From Candidatus Latescibacterota bacterium (GTDB lineage: Bacteria > Latescibacterota > CBDEFO01): 64,000 bases of DNA. Below, piece by piece: positions 40,519 to 50,314 of this stretch (position 1 is its first letter; each line of letters begins with the position of its first letter). The notes beneath the pieces are model-generated. The model was not told the origin of the DNA and did not search any database. It worked only from the letters and a program-made list of their open reading frames with translations. The DNA lies in the NCBI GenBank assembly GCA_965237525.1, contig CBDEFO010000007.1, forward strand, positions 736,001 to 800,000. The letters are read 5' to 3'. The position numbers were made by a program, and so were the translations under genes.

Positions 40519-40972
40519 AGCACACCAGTCAAAAGGAAGGATACTGGGCATAGACTATGGTGAAAGGAGGATAGGCATCGCAATAAGCGATGCCTTGGGG
40601 ATAACAGCTCAGGGGCTGGACACACTTGTCATAAGATCCAGAGATGAGGCCTTGGAAAAAGTCGCCAGGATCGCAGAGGAAACAGAGGCTGTGAAGATAG
40701 TAGTCGGTATGCCTCTTAATATGAACGGGAGTATAGGAATAAAAGGTGAGGAAGTAAAAGGATTCGTGGAGGCTTTAAAGGAGAAAACGGGGTTAAAGAT
40801 CGATGTATGGGACGAACGGATGACAACTATAGCAGCTCAAAGAGCGATGGGAGAGATGGGAATAAAGCTCAAAGGCAGGAAGAAAGACCTGGACAGGATA
40901 TCAGCAACAATGATTCTTCAGGGATATTTAGATAGGCTTTCGCGGAGTTCGGGTGACGATGAGGAGGAATAA
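40496..40972 (+). CDS. ruvX: YqgF/RuvX pre-16S rRNA nuclease
   Basis: LGIDYGERRIGIAISD, VVGMP, WDERMTT, ILQGYLD. Confidence 0.93.
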   Translation: MQQGSEFRAHQSKGRILGIDYGERRIGIAISDALGITAQGLDTLVIRSRDEALEKVARIAEETEAVKIVVGMPLNMNGSIGIKGEEVKGFVEALKEKTGLKIDVWDERMTTIAAQRAMGEMGIKLKGRKKDLDRISATMILQGYLDRLSRSSGDDEEE

Positions 40973-42122
40973 AAGTGATATCCTGTTGCGGGCTGCAGAC
41001 TTGGGGATCTTATCTTTGTCCGCAGTTGCAGTGCTAACTGCAACTTGGGCACTAGTTCTCGCTTCTTCTATGTACTATGCATTAACAGCGCCATTTAGGT
41101 TAGCGTTTTTGCTCGGCCGCGGTCGAGCAGGACTGGTGTTAGGTGTATCCTTAATCCTGACCTTAACTCTGACGATGGTCTTAGCCTTCCTTTTGAACCT
41201 ACCTGTAGGAAAAGGGTTAAACAAGGAGGTTATAATCAGGAAGGGTTTGACATCAAAAGAAATAGGGAAAGCTTTAGAAAGCAAGAATTTGATCAGAAGT
41301 TCCCTATTTTTCCTCTTAGCCGTGAAGATTTTAGGAACAGAGGAGAGGATAAGGGCTGGGAGATATAGGCTGCCAGATTCGGAATCTACACTTTCGATAA
41401 TAGACAGGCTGATTGAGGGCGGCTACATAACTCAGAACGTGACAATCCCTGAGGGACTGACAAGGAGCGCTATAGCTGATATTCTGGAAGATAAGTTAGA
41501 TTTGGACAAAGAAAGGTTCTTGAAGCTTTCAGACGATTCTACGTTTTGCAGTAGCTTAGGGATAGAGGCTCAGAATCTGGAAGGCTATCTGTTTCCAGAC
41601 ACGTATAATTTCGACTCGCACTCGGATGAAGAAGCTGTGTTGAGGAGGATGGTGGGAAGATTCAAAGATGTGTTTGTAGATTCTCTTAAGGACAGAGCAA
41701 GGGAGTTAGGATTTTCCACACACCAGATAGTAACTCTGGCATCTACAATTGAAAGAGAGGCGGCAGTTTCCCAAGAAAGAGCGATTATCTCTGCAGTATT
41801 TCACAGCAGATTGAGATTGAAGATGCGTCTGGACGCCGACGTGACTTTGGAGTATGTGCTGGGCAGGAGAATGACGACACAAGACAAGAAGTTAAGATCT
41901 CCTTATAATACCTATAAATACAGGGGGCTCTCTCCAGGGCCGATAGCGAATCCGGGTAAAGGTCCTATCCTGGCAGCTTTATATCCTGAGGACGTGGACT
42001 ACCTCTATTTCGTGGCAAGAGGCGACGGCACTCACGTCTTCAGCAGGACGAACAGGGAGCACATAAACGCCAAGAACAGAATTAAGCGGGCACGGCGCGG
42101 GAGAGTTTCAAATCGTCAGTGA
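40953..42122 (+). CDS. mltG: Endolytic transglycosylase MltG
   Basis: TIPEG, LEGYLFPDTY, LASTIERE, SPYNTY..GL.PGPIANPG, YLYFVA. Confidence 0.93.
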   Translation: MTMRRNKSDILLRAADLGILSLSAVAVLTATWALVLASSMYYALTAPFRLAFLLGRGRAGLVLGVSLILTLTLTMVLAFLLNLPVGKGLNKEVIIRKGLTSKEIGKALESKNLIRSSLFFLLAVKILGTEERIRAGRYRLPDSESTLSIIDRLIEGGYITQNVTIPEGLTRSAIADILEDKLDLDKERFLKLSDDSTFCSSLGIEAQNLEGYLFPDTYNFDSHSDEEAVLRRMVGRFKDVFVDSLKDRARELGFSTHQIVTLASTIEREAAVSQERAIISAVFHSRLRLKMRLDADVTLEYVLGRRMTTQDKKLRSPYNTYKYRGLSPGPIANPGKGPILAALYPEDVDYLYFVARGDGTHVFSRTNREHINAKNRIKRARRGRVSNRQ

Positions 42123-42156
42123 GCAGAGATCATGTCTCTGCATAAAGTCAGGGGTG

Positions 42157-42810
42157 ATGATGATGGCAAAGGATACCAGAGAGATATAGGAAGAAACCAT
42201 GGACAGATTGGTTCTACTCAGTAGATCCCGTGGAACAATATATCAGATCATAGACTCTTCAATTCTGCTGTTCATTGTCGTACTAGTGCTGATTTTCTGA
42301 GTGAACAAAGCCGATTCTATTTCGCTCAGTTTTATTCTTATCGGTTTCATATTGGTTTCTGGCCTCGCCTCAAGTGTGTTACTTCTCGTCCATCGTTTAT
42401 TTACGAAGAGGACGGTCACATTTGACAAAGGACGCGGAATACTGGAAGTGAAGAAAAGTCTTCTGGTTCCCGCTAAAGTCACAGTATTGTCATTACCTGG
42501 ATTGATAGGAGTATGTTATGTAGGGACCTCTATATCTATACAGCATGGATTATTGGGAGAAGAAAAGATTAAGGTACGGAAGTTGGTCATGTTGACGAGG
42601 AACGATGGGAGTTATGAGAGTACTGTGCTTTACACCATACGTGGGCTTTTGGATCATCAGGACATGGCTATAGCCAGAGAGGTTGGTGAATTTCTGGAGA
42701 CAAAAGCCATTGTCAAGGGCACAGTGTCGAGCGATGCGGAAGCGTCTCGGGGTTTTTCAGGCAAAGACTTGGGTCCGGAGATCAAGGTGGAAGATTTCTC
42801 CAAAGCATAG
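42157..42810 (+). pseudogene. Hypothetical membrane protein with in-frame stops
   Basis: The frame of ORF 42301-42810 extends upstream through TGA 42298 and TAG 42187 to an ATG run at 42157; a hydrophobic segment precedes the TGA. Confidence 0.45.
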
Positions 42811-42823
42811 TTGGGAGATCCTG

Positions 42824-45016
42824 ATGAAATCTGTCTCAATTTTAGATAGTCTAAATCCGATGCAGCGTGAAGCTGCACAGATTGTAGATGGACCTATTTT
42901 GATACTGGCAGGCGCGGGGAGCGGTAAGACGGGGTGCCTTACCCACAGGATAGCCTATCTGATGGGTGAGGGGGGTGTAGACCCGAAGAACATCCTTGCG
43001 GTGACGTTCACAAATAAGGCTGCAAATGAGATGAAGGAAAGGGTGGAAGGGCTGATAGGGATAGCGGTGAAGGATATGTGGATAGGGACTTTTCACTCTA
43101 TGTGCGCCAGGATATTGAGGATTGAGGCGGAACATGTAGGTTATACTAGAAACTTTACGATATACGATTCTGACGATCAGCTCTCCTTAGTCAAGAAGGT
43201 TATGAGGAATCTTGGGGTTCCGGAGAGTCAGGTTCATCCTTCTGCTGCAAGGGGAAGAATAAGCAGGCTGAAGAATTCTATGATCGAAGCAGAGGACTTT
43301 GAGTCCTCTGCAACGACTTACGCTGATGAGATCATAGCAAAGATATATAGGCAGTATCAGGTTTCCCTGAGGGGGAACGGGGCTTTCGATTTCGACGACC
43401 TACTTTTGGAGCCTGTTAGGATATTCAGTGAGTATCCCGATATTTTGAGTAAATATCAAAGAAAATTCAGATATATACTGGTAGATGAGTACCAGGATAC
43501 GAATAGACCCCAATACGTGTTAACAAAGATATTAGTGCAGAAGCACAGAAATATATGCGTTGTAGGAGACGACGATCAGTCTATCTATTCGTTTCGCGGA
43601 GCAGATCTCAATAATATTCTTGACTTCGAGAAGGACTACCAGGACGTTAGAGTCATAAGGCTTGAACAAAACTACCGTTCAACGGAAAATATACTGGCCC
43701 TGGGCAATGCAGTTGTAAGCAATAATAAGGGTAGGAGAGGTAAAGAGCTTTGGACAGATAAAGGAAAGGGCGAGAGAGTAGGCTTCCTAAATTGTGAGGA
43801 TGAGAGGGATGAGGGGAGAAGGATAACAGGGGTTATAGGTGATGAATTATCAAAAAATGGGCGATCATTAGCAGACTTTGCGCTTTTGTACAGGACTAAC
43901 GCTCAATCCAGAGCTCTGGAGGATGCGTTCAGGTCTGCCGGGATTCCGTATGTGATAGTAGGTGGAGTAAAGTTCTACGAGCGAAAGGAAATCAAGGATG
44001 CACTGGCTTACTTAAGGGTCATAGCAAATCCGAGAGATTCTGTGAACTTAAGGCGCATCATCAATGTTCCCAAAAGGGGTATAGGCGATACCACTGTCGA
44101 GAGAGTAGAGACATTCGCTTTAAGAAATGGATTGTCTCTCTTTGAGGTTTTAGGGAGGCTGGATGAGATTGAGGAACTGACCTCAGCAGCAAGGAAGAGG
44201 ATTACTGACTTTAAGAGCATGATAGAGGAGTTTATTGCCCGGAAAGAACAGGTAGAGATGGATATTTTGGTGAGGGATGTGGTGTCAAAGACAGGCTATT
44301 TAGATGAGCTGAGGTCTGAAGGGACAATTGAGGCGGAGTCGAGAACAGAAAATGTTGAGGAGTTGCTGTCCGCTGTTGTGAATTTTTCTGAGAGGCGAGA
44401 TGACGCGTCTTTGGAGGCATTTTTGGAGGAGGTGTCGCTGATCACTGATATTGACAGGTGGGACGATCAAAAGGATGCAGTAACGATGATGACGCTGCAC
44501 AGTGCAAAAGGTCTGGAATTTCCAGTTGTGTTCATAACCGGATTGGAGGACGGGCTCTTTCCGCTGTCGAGGAACATAGAGCAGGGGAACGATCTGGAAG
44601 AGGAAAGGAGATTGTTCTACGTGGGGATCACGAGGGCAAAGGAGCGTCTATTGTTATCTGCCGCAAGCCGGCGTTCAAGGTTCGGCAATACGCTGTGGAG
44701 CGAGCCATCTCGTTTTTTGGGTGAGATTCCGCCGGATTTGATTGAAGGAACTGTGAGAATTGGCAAGGGAGAGTATCTCTTGGAGGACGACGTGAATTTT
44801 AAGGAGTACAGATCCAGTGATGACGTATATACTGACCTGTACGATACATCATGGCTGGATGTGGGCAAACGGGTGATACATCCAGATTGGGGCAATGGCA
44901 AGGTGTTAAAGATGAGCGGCAGGGGAGAGGATATGAAGTTGGTTGTCAAGTTTAAGAGTGCAGAGAAGAGGCTGTTGGTCAAATATGCCAAGTTGAGACC
45001 GGGAGAGGCAGTCTAA
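42824..45016 (+). CDS. pcrA: ATP-dependent DNA helicase PcrA/UvrD
   Basis: AGAGSGKT, TFTNKAA, DEYQD, VGDDDQSIY, LEQNYRS, HSAKGLEF, EERRLFYVG.TRA. Confidence 0.96.
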   Translation: MKSVSILDSLNPMQREAAQIVDGPILILAGAGSGKTGCLTHRIAYLMGEGGVDPKNILAVTFTNKAANEMKERVEGLIGIAVKDMWIGTFHSMCARILRIEAEHVGYTRNFTIYDSDDQLSLVKKVMRNLGVPESQVHPSAARGRISRLKNSMIEAEDFESSATTYADEIIAKIYRQYQVSLRGNGAFDFDDLLLEPVRIFSEYPDILSKYQRKFRYILVDEYQDTNRPQYVLTKILVQKHRNICVVGDDDQSIYSFRGADLNNILDFEKDYQDVRVIRLEQNYRSTENILALGNAVVSNNKGRRGKELWTDKGKGERVGFLNCEDERDEGRRITGVIGDELSKNGRSLADFALLYRTNAQSRALEDAFRSAGIPYVIVGGVKFYERKEIKDALAYLRVIANPRDSVNLRRIINVPKRGIGDTTVERVETFALRNGLSLFEVLGRLDEIEELTSAARKRITDFKSMIEEFIARKEQVEMDILVRDVVSKTGYLDELRSEGTIEAESRTENVEELLSAVVNFSERRDDASLEAFLEEVSLITDIDRWDDQKDAVTMMTLHSAKGLEFPVVFITGLEDGLFPLSRNIEQGNDLEEERRLFYVGITRAKERLLLSAASRRSRFGNTLWSEPSRFLGEIPPDLIEGTVRIGKGEYLLEDDVNFKEYRSSDDVYTDLYDTSWLDVGKRVIHPDWGNGKVLKMSGRGEDMKLVVKFKSAEKRLLVKYAKLRPGEAV

Positions 45017-45019
45017 GTC

Positions 45020-45050
45020 AGATTGCCTGCGCTTAAGCTCGCAATGACGG
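45020..45050. repeat. Single minimal REP-like unit (copy 5)
   Basis: agattgc...ctcgcaatgac. Confidence 0.55.
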
Positions 45051-45112
45051 CTTAGTGAGAAGATATACACCCTGTTTACTTATTTAGAGCGCCACAAGAA
45101 GGAGTATGAGCT

Positions 45113-45400
45113 ATGCCCGTTACGTTGGATGACGTTGACAAGGTAGCGTCCCTGTCAAGGTTATCATTTTCAGATGATGAGAGACGAAGGTTAGTGGATG
45201 ACCTGAACAGAATCCTTGAGTATATGGATCAGTTGAACGAGCTGGACACTGAGAATGTCGAGCCTACAGCTCACGTTCTTTTGATGAGCAACGTGTTTCG
45301 GGAGGATGCAGAGAAGCCTTCTATGCCGAAGGAGAAGTTGTTGGCGAACGCTCCGAGTCAGGAGAAGGGCTACTTTAAGGTGCCGCAGGTGATCGAGTAA
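45113..45400 (+). CDS. gatC: Asp/Glu-tRNA amidotransferase subunit C
   Basis: VASLSRL, LNELDTENVEPT, NVFRED, NAP..YFKVP. Confidence 0.93.
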   Translation: MPVTLDDVDKVASLSRLSFSDDERRRLVDDLNRILEYMDQLNELDTENVEPTAHVLLMSNVFREDAEKPSMPKEKLLANAPSQEKGYFKVPQVIE

Positions 45401-46161
45401 TGGGACGGACGGCTGTGATAATTCCCGCACGATACGAGTCGAAAAGACTCCAAGGAAAGGTCCTTTTGAGAATTGCGGGTAAGCCGATGATAGAACATGT
45501 TTACAAGAGGGCGTGCAAGGCTTGTGTGGCATCTGATGTCATCGTAGCTGCGGATGATATGAGGATAAAGGAGGCAGTTGAGGGTTTCGGTGGGATAGCG
45601 GTTATGACTTCTTCTGAGCACAAGAGTGGTACGGACAGGATAGCTGAGGTTGTGGAGTCGTTGAAGGATGTAGAAATAGTTGTAAATGTTCAAGGAGATG
45701 AACCGCTAATTGATCCGAGTGTGATAGATCTTGTGGCCCATCCACTTATCAGGGATAGAAATATAGTAATGGGAACAGCAGCGTACAAGATCAGATCTTT
45801 AGAGGAACTATTAAGCACAAATTTAATTAAGGTGGTCGTTGATAGAGAGGGCTTCGCCCTTTACTTCTCAAGAGCACCGATTCCTTTCATTAGAGATATT
45901 GAAGATAGACCTCACGTGATGGACGAATATTGCTTCCTGGGACACATAGGTATATATTCTTATAGGAGACGATTTTTGTTAGAGTTTGCTCGTATGGAAC
46001 CTGCACCTTTAGAAGAGATCGAAAGGTTAGAACAGTTGAGAGCGTTGGAGAATGGATATAAAATATATGTGTCCAGGACAGAGTTCAGGTCTGTGGGTGT
46101 GGATACAATGGAGGATTTAGAGAGGGTAAGGAGGAAGATGAGTCGTTGTGACACAAGCTAA
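45400..46161 (+). CDS. kdsB: 3-deoxy-manno-octulosonate cytidylyltransferase
   Basis: IIPARY.SKR..GK, SGTDR, NVQGDEP, ALYFSR, HIGIY, LEQLRALE. Confidence 0.95.
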   Translation: MGRTAVIIPARYESKRLQGKVLLRIAGKPMIEHVYKRACKACVASDVIVAADDMRIKEAVEGFGGIAVMTSSEHKSGTDRIAEVVESLKDVEIVVNVQGDEPLIDPSVIDLVAHPLIRDRNIVMGTAAYKIRSLEELLSTNLIKVVVDREGFALYFSRAPIPFIRDIEDRPHVMDEYCFLGHIGIYSYRRRFLLEFARMEPAPLEEIERLEQLRALENGYKIYVSRTEFRSVGVDTMEDLERVRRKMSRCDTS

Positions 46162-46190
46162 GGAATCGATATGAGACGATTGGAAATCCA

Positions 46191-46874
46191 GTGTTAGAAG
46201 GAGATGTAGTGGAACTCTATCTTATTAGACACGGTCAAGCAAGGTATTTTGGGGATGACGGGAAGATGCAGAACAGTCAGGGCTTTCTGACTGAATTAGG
46301 TCATCGTCAAGCAGAGAGGGTAGGGGAGCGTTGCAGGAATCTTGAGGTGGATTATCTCTACAGCAGCCCCTTGAAGAGAGTTCAGGAGACTGTGAGCTAT
46401 CTGTCTCGAGCTCTGGGAAAGTCCCCGGAGTTTCTTGAATGGTTGAGGGAAATCAGCGTGGGCGATTTTGATGGATGGGCGGAGCCTATGGTTCGAAAGC
46501 ATCTTGAGGAGGTAGCACTAAGGCCGCTTGCAGCCTGGTGGGACGGGTACCCGAGGGGGGAGACCTTTAGGGAGTTCCACAAGAGGGTGACAAGAGGGTT
46601 AGATTATCTTCTGAAAAGCCACAGCGTGGAGAAAGATGGAGATTCTTATAGAATTGTGGGAGAGCAGGATCAGCGTCTGTGTCTGGTTTGTCATGCGGGG
46701 ACGATTTCCGTTATTGTTAGCTATCTTCTGGAGTTGCAGCCTGTGCCTTGGGAATGGCACAGATTCTCCTCAGAGAACACCGGGGTATCCTGCATTCAAT
46801 TCGGGAGAGTTGGAGACGCACTTAAGCCCTCTTTGATCTTTTTTAATTCCATTTCTCATCTGAACGGCATTTAG
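46191..46874 (+). CDS. Histidine phosphatase family protein
   Basis: LIRHG, SSPLKR, LRE, VCHAG. Confidence 0.9.
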   Translation: MLEGDVVELYLIRHGQARYFGDDGKMQNSQGFLTELGHRQAERVGERCRNLEVDYLYSSPLKRVQETVSYLSRALGKSPEFLEWLREISVGDFDGWAEPMVRKHLEEVALRPLAAWWDGYPRGETFREFHKRVTRGLDYLLKSHSVEKDGDSYRIVGEQDQRLCLVCHAGTISVIVSYLLELQPVPWEWHRFSSENTGVSCIQFGRVGDALKPSLIFFNSISHLNGI

Positions 46875-46908
46875 GTCGTTTAAAGCGTGATGTACAGGAG
46901 GAAGGAAA

Positions 46909-48699
46909 TTGAACCCTAAATATGAGGGCCCAAGATTAATCGTAGTAGCAGGCGGGGTTATTAGTGGTGTGGGCAAGGGAACCGCTACGGCTTCGATCGG
47001 GAAGATATTGCAGCAGTACGGCTACAGCGCAACTGCAATCAAAATTGACCCATACATAAATTACGATGCAGGGACGCTGAGGCCTACAGAGCACGGTGAG
47101 GTGTGGGTGACAGATGACGGCGGAGAGATAGACCAGGATCTGGGGAATTACGAGAGACTATTGGGGATTGACATCCCGAAGCGGAATAATCTGACAACAG
47201 GACAGATATACCGGACGGTGATAAATAGGGAAAGGGGTGGGGAGTATCTGGGACAGACGGTTCGACCTATTCCCCATATTACAGATGAGATTAAAAGGAG
47301 AGTCTTAGAATCGGCTGTGGGATTTGATATAGCTCTGGTGGAAGTAGGTGGGACAGTAGGAGACGACGAGAACGAGCCTTTTTTATTTGCGATGAAGGGT
47401 CTGGAAAGAGAAATAGGGGAGCTGAACGTCATCTATATCCTCGTTACCTACCTTCCAGTGCCGTCTCATATTGGGGAGATGAAGACGAAGCCGACTCAAC
47501 AGGCAATTAAGCTTCTAAGTGAGCATGGCATCTTTCCCGATTTTGTCCTGTGTCGGGCAAATGAGCCTTTAGATGAGGTAAGGAAGAAAAAGATAGAGAT
47601 TTCCGCGAATATAGCGGCCGATTCTGTGATTTCAGCCCCAGATATCCAGACCCTGTACGATATTCCACTGAATCTGGAGAAGGACGGTATTGGTAGGAAA
47701 ATCCTGGAAAAGTTCGGCCTGGAGCCGAGAAAGTCGCCGGATTGGACGAACTGGCAAAGTCTGGTAAGGAGAATAAGAAATCCTTCTAAGACTCTGTGTG
47801 TGGCGATGGTAGGGAAGTACGTGGATATAGGGGACTATAGTCTAATGGATTCTTACATATCTATAAACCAGTCTTTAGAGCATGCGGGAGCGGCGTTCGA
47901 TGTGGGGATCGATATCGATTGGATAGACTCTAAAGGGATAGAAGAAGACGATAAGGGGACTGAGAATCTGAGGGAATTCGACGGAATTATAGTTCCAGGG
48001 GGGTTCGGAGGAAGAGGTGTGGAGGGTAAGATAGAGGCTATCAAGTTTGTGCGGGAGAACAACATACCGTTTTTGGGTTTGTGTTATGGGCTTCAGCTTG
48101 CTGTGGTGGAGTTCGCAAGGAACGTCTGCGGGATGAACGGGGCCCACACCGCAGAAATAGATCCCTCGACAGAGTACGCCGTTATAGATACTCAGCCGGG
48201 TCAAAGGGAAGTTATAGAAAAGCGTGAATATGGAGGGACCATGAGGCTTGGGGCGTACGCGGCTGTGTTGAAGAGGGGGAGTCTGGTCTATGAACTCTAT
48301 AGGAAGTCCAGCCGTCTGGAGGAGGACTCAGAGAAAATTGAAACCATGAAAAAAGATAAGGATCAGGTGTTCAGACTGGGCTTGCTTCACAAGTGGGAGG
48401 ATGCAGTTTTAGAAAGACACAGACACCGGTACGAGGTCTCTCCACTTTTTATTGAGCTTTTTGAGGATTACGGATTGGTGTTTTCCGGATATTACAAAGG
48501 GCTGGACGGCGCCAAGTTGATGGAGTTCGTAGAACTTCCAAAACACAGATTTTTCGTGGCAACTCAGGCACATCCTGAGTTTAAGTCGAGGCTGGAAAAA
48601 CCAGCCCCACTCTTTTTGGGATTCGTGGAGGCAATGCTAAAGTGCCAGGCCGAATATGAGGTAAAAGATGAGTTACATTCTACACTAAACACAAGGTAA
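46909..48699 (+). CDS. pyrG: CTP synthase
   Basis: GGVISGVGKG, KIDPYIN, KTKPTQ, PGGFG, GLCYG, RHRHRYE, QAHPEF. Confidence 0.96.
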   Translation: MNPKYEGPRLIVVAGGVISGVGKGTATASIGKILQQYGYSATAIKIDPYINYDAGTLRPTEHGEVWVTDDGGEIDQDLGNYERLLGIDIPKRNNLTTGQIYRTVINRERGGEYLGQTVRPIPHITDEIKRRVLESAVGFDIALVEVGGTVGDDENEPFLFAMKGLEREIGELNVIYILVTYLPVPSHIGEMKTKPTQQAIKLLSEHGIFPDFVLCRANEPLDEVRKKKIEISANIAADSVISAPDIQTLYDIPLNLEKDGIGRKILEKFGLEPRKSPDWTNWQSLVRRIRNPSKTLCVAMVGKYVDIGDYSLMDSYISINQSLEHAGAAFDVGIDIDWIDSKGIEEDDKGTENLREFDGIIVPGGFGGRGVEGKIEAIKFVRENNIPFLGLCYGLQLAVVEFARNVCGMNGAHTAEIDPSTEYAVIDTQPGQREVIEKREYGGTMRLGAYAAVLKRGSLVYELYRKSSRLEEDSEKIETMKKDKDQVFRLGLLHKWEDAVLERHRHRYEVSPLFIELFEDYGLVFSGYYKGLDGAKLMEFVELPKHRFFVATQAHPEFKSRLEKPAPLFLGFVEAMLKCQAEYEVKDELHSTLNTR

Positions 48700-48707
48700 G
48701 TTTATAG

Positions 48708-49529
48708 ATGAAAAGCTTTGATGTAGGCAAAATCCGAATCAGCAGTGATAGTCTGATCCTTATAGCTGGACCCTGTGTAATTGAATCCCGGGAGCTGGTG
48801 ATGAGGACAGCAGAGGCACTAAGGAATATATGTCAACGTGCAGGGTTTCCAGTCATCTTCAAGTCATCTTATGCTAAGATGAACAGGACAAGCATAGATT
48901 CGTTTTCAGGATTGGGGATAGATAGGGGCTTGAAAATCCTGGAGAGTGTAAAGAGCGAATTAGGAATGCCTGTGACGACGGATTTTCATTCTGCAGGAGA
49001 GGCAGATGTAGCAGCACAGGTAGTGGATATGCTCCAGGTTCCCGCGTTTTTAGTAAGACAGACGGATATCTTGCTTGCAGCAGGAAAGACAGGAAAGCCG
49101 GTGAATGTGAAAAAGGGTCAGTTCTTAGCTCCTGAAGATATGACTTATGTAGTGGAGAAAATAGAGTCTACAGGAAACAGACAGGTTATGCTAACTGAGA
49201 GAGGAACTGCTTTCGGGTATCATGATCTGGTGGTGGACATGAGGTCTTTAGTTGTAATGAAAGCCGCAGGATATCCTGTGGCTTTCGATGCAACTCATGC
49301 AGTAGTCTCTCTAAACCCGAGTAAGAATGAGAACAAGGAGTGTATAGAAGCTCTCTCCAGGGCGGCCGTGGCAGTAGGCGTAGATGTAGTATTTATTGAG
49401 ACACATCCCGATCCACCTCGGGCTCTGTCAGATGGAGCAAGGATGCTACCTTTAGATAGATTAGCGGAGTTATTGGAGGTGCTGAAGAGAGTAAACGAGG
49501 CTGTAAGAGACAAGACGAAAAAACATTAA
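48708..49529 (+). CDS. kdsA: 3-deoxy-8-phosphooctulonate synthase
   Basis: IAGPCVIES, QVPAFLVRQTD, NVKKGQF, TERG, DATH, ETHPDP..ALSDG. Confidence 0.92.
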   Translation: MKSFDVGKIRISSDSLILIAGPCVIESRELVMRTAEALRNICQRAGFPVIFKSSYAKMNRTSIDSFSGLGIDRGLKILESVKSELGMPVTTDFHSAGEADVAAQVVDMLQVPAFLVRQTDILLAAGKTGKPVNVKKGQFLAPEDMTYVVEKIESTGNRQVMLTERGTAFGYHDLVVDMRSLVVMKAAGYPVAFDATHAVVSLNPSKNENKECIEALSRAAVAVGVDVVFIETHPDPPRALSDGARMLPLDRLAELLEVLKRVNEAVRDKTKKH

Positions 49530-49610
49530 ACCTCCTACAGTGTTGTGTGTCCAAGACAGTAGAGGAAGGAATGGGACACTTCCAATCTAAACTTTAGGAG
49601 CTGAAAAACC

Positions 49611-49706
49611 GTGAAATTGCGGATGCTGGGAGAACAGATCACTTTGATTGCGTTTGTCGCAGTGTTTGCGCTGTATGTCTTCTCAAACTTCGCCCTACTG
49701 TTCTGA
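49611..49706 (+). CDS. Putative 31-aa single-TM small protein
   Basis: aggag RBS, then GTG: MKLRMLGEQITLIAFVAVFALYVFSNFALLF. Confidence 0.4.
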   Translation: MKLRMLGEQITLIAFVAVFALYVFSNFALLF

Positions 49707-49731
49707 GCATTTGTTACCTCTTGAGAGTATT

Positions 49732-50290
49732 ATGTCAGAGCAGGGCGATGAAATATCACTTGTGAAGCAGTTTAAAGAGGGAGATGAGAGAGCATTTAAC
49801 CGAAATTGTCAGAACTTACCAAGAGAGGCTCTATTATCTTGCTTTGAAGCTTCTGGGGGACAGAGAAGATGCACAGGATATCTCGCAAGAGGCATTTGTA
49901 AAGGCCTATTACGGTTTAAATAAGTTTAAGGAGGATTCATCTTTATATACGTGGCTCTACAGGATTGTGCTGAATCTGTGTATGAATCGCCGACGGAGGG
50001 ACAAATTAGTAGAATTTGTTTCATTGGACGTTTTAAGTGAGATTACAGCGTCTAAGAGTGCTAATCCAGATAAAAAAGCGGAAAATTCCGAACTTAATGC
50101 TGCTATTAAAGAGGCAGTAGATAGCCTTCCAGAGAAACAGAGGGCTATATTTATATTAAGACAGTACGAGGAACTCTCTCACAACGAGATTGCAGAAATA
50201 GTAGGTAGAAGCGTTGGTGCAGTAAAGTCTAACTATTTTCAGGCAGTTAAAAAGCTTCAAAAGTCGCTGGTTAAGCATAGAGATGTATAG
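49732..50290 (+). CDS. ECF sigma-70 factor (RpoE/SigW-like); 1-nt frameshift near 49800
   Basis: GDERAF | EIVRTYQ, DAQDISQEAF, TWLYRI, LPEKQR, EIAEI..GAVKS. Confidence 0.88.
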
Positions 50291-50314
50291 ATTTAACTTT
50301 CAGGCGAAATAGAA

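Noticed and set aside
6738..42300. Stop-codon reassignment or selenocysteine (in-frame TGA at 6738 and 42298)
   Set aside because: TGA terminates several intact genes here; the positions fit Gly/Trp point mutations, and the second gene also has an in-frame TAG
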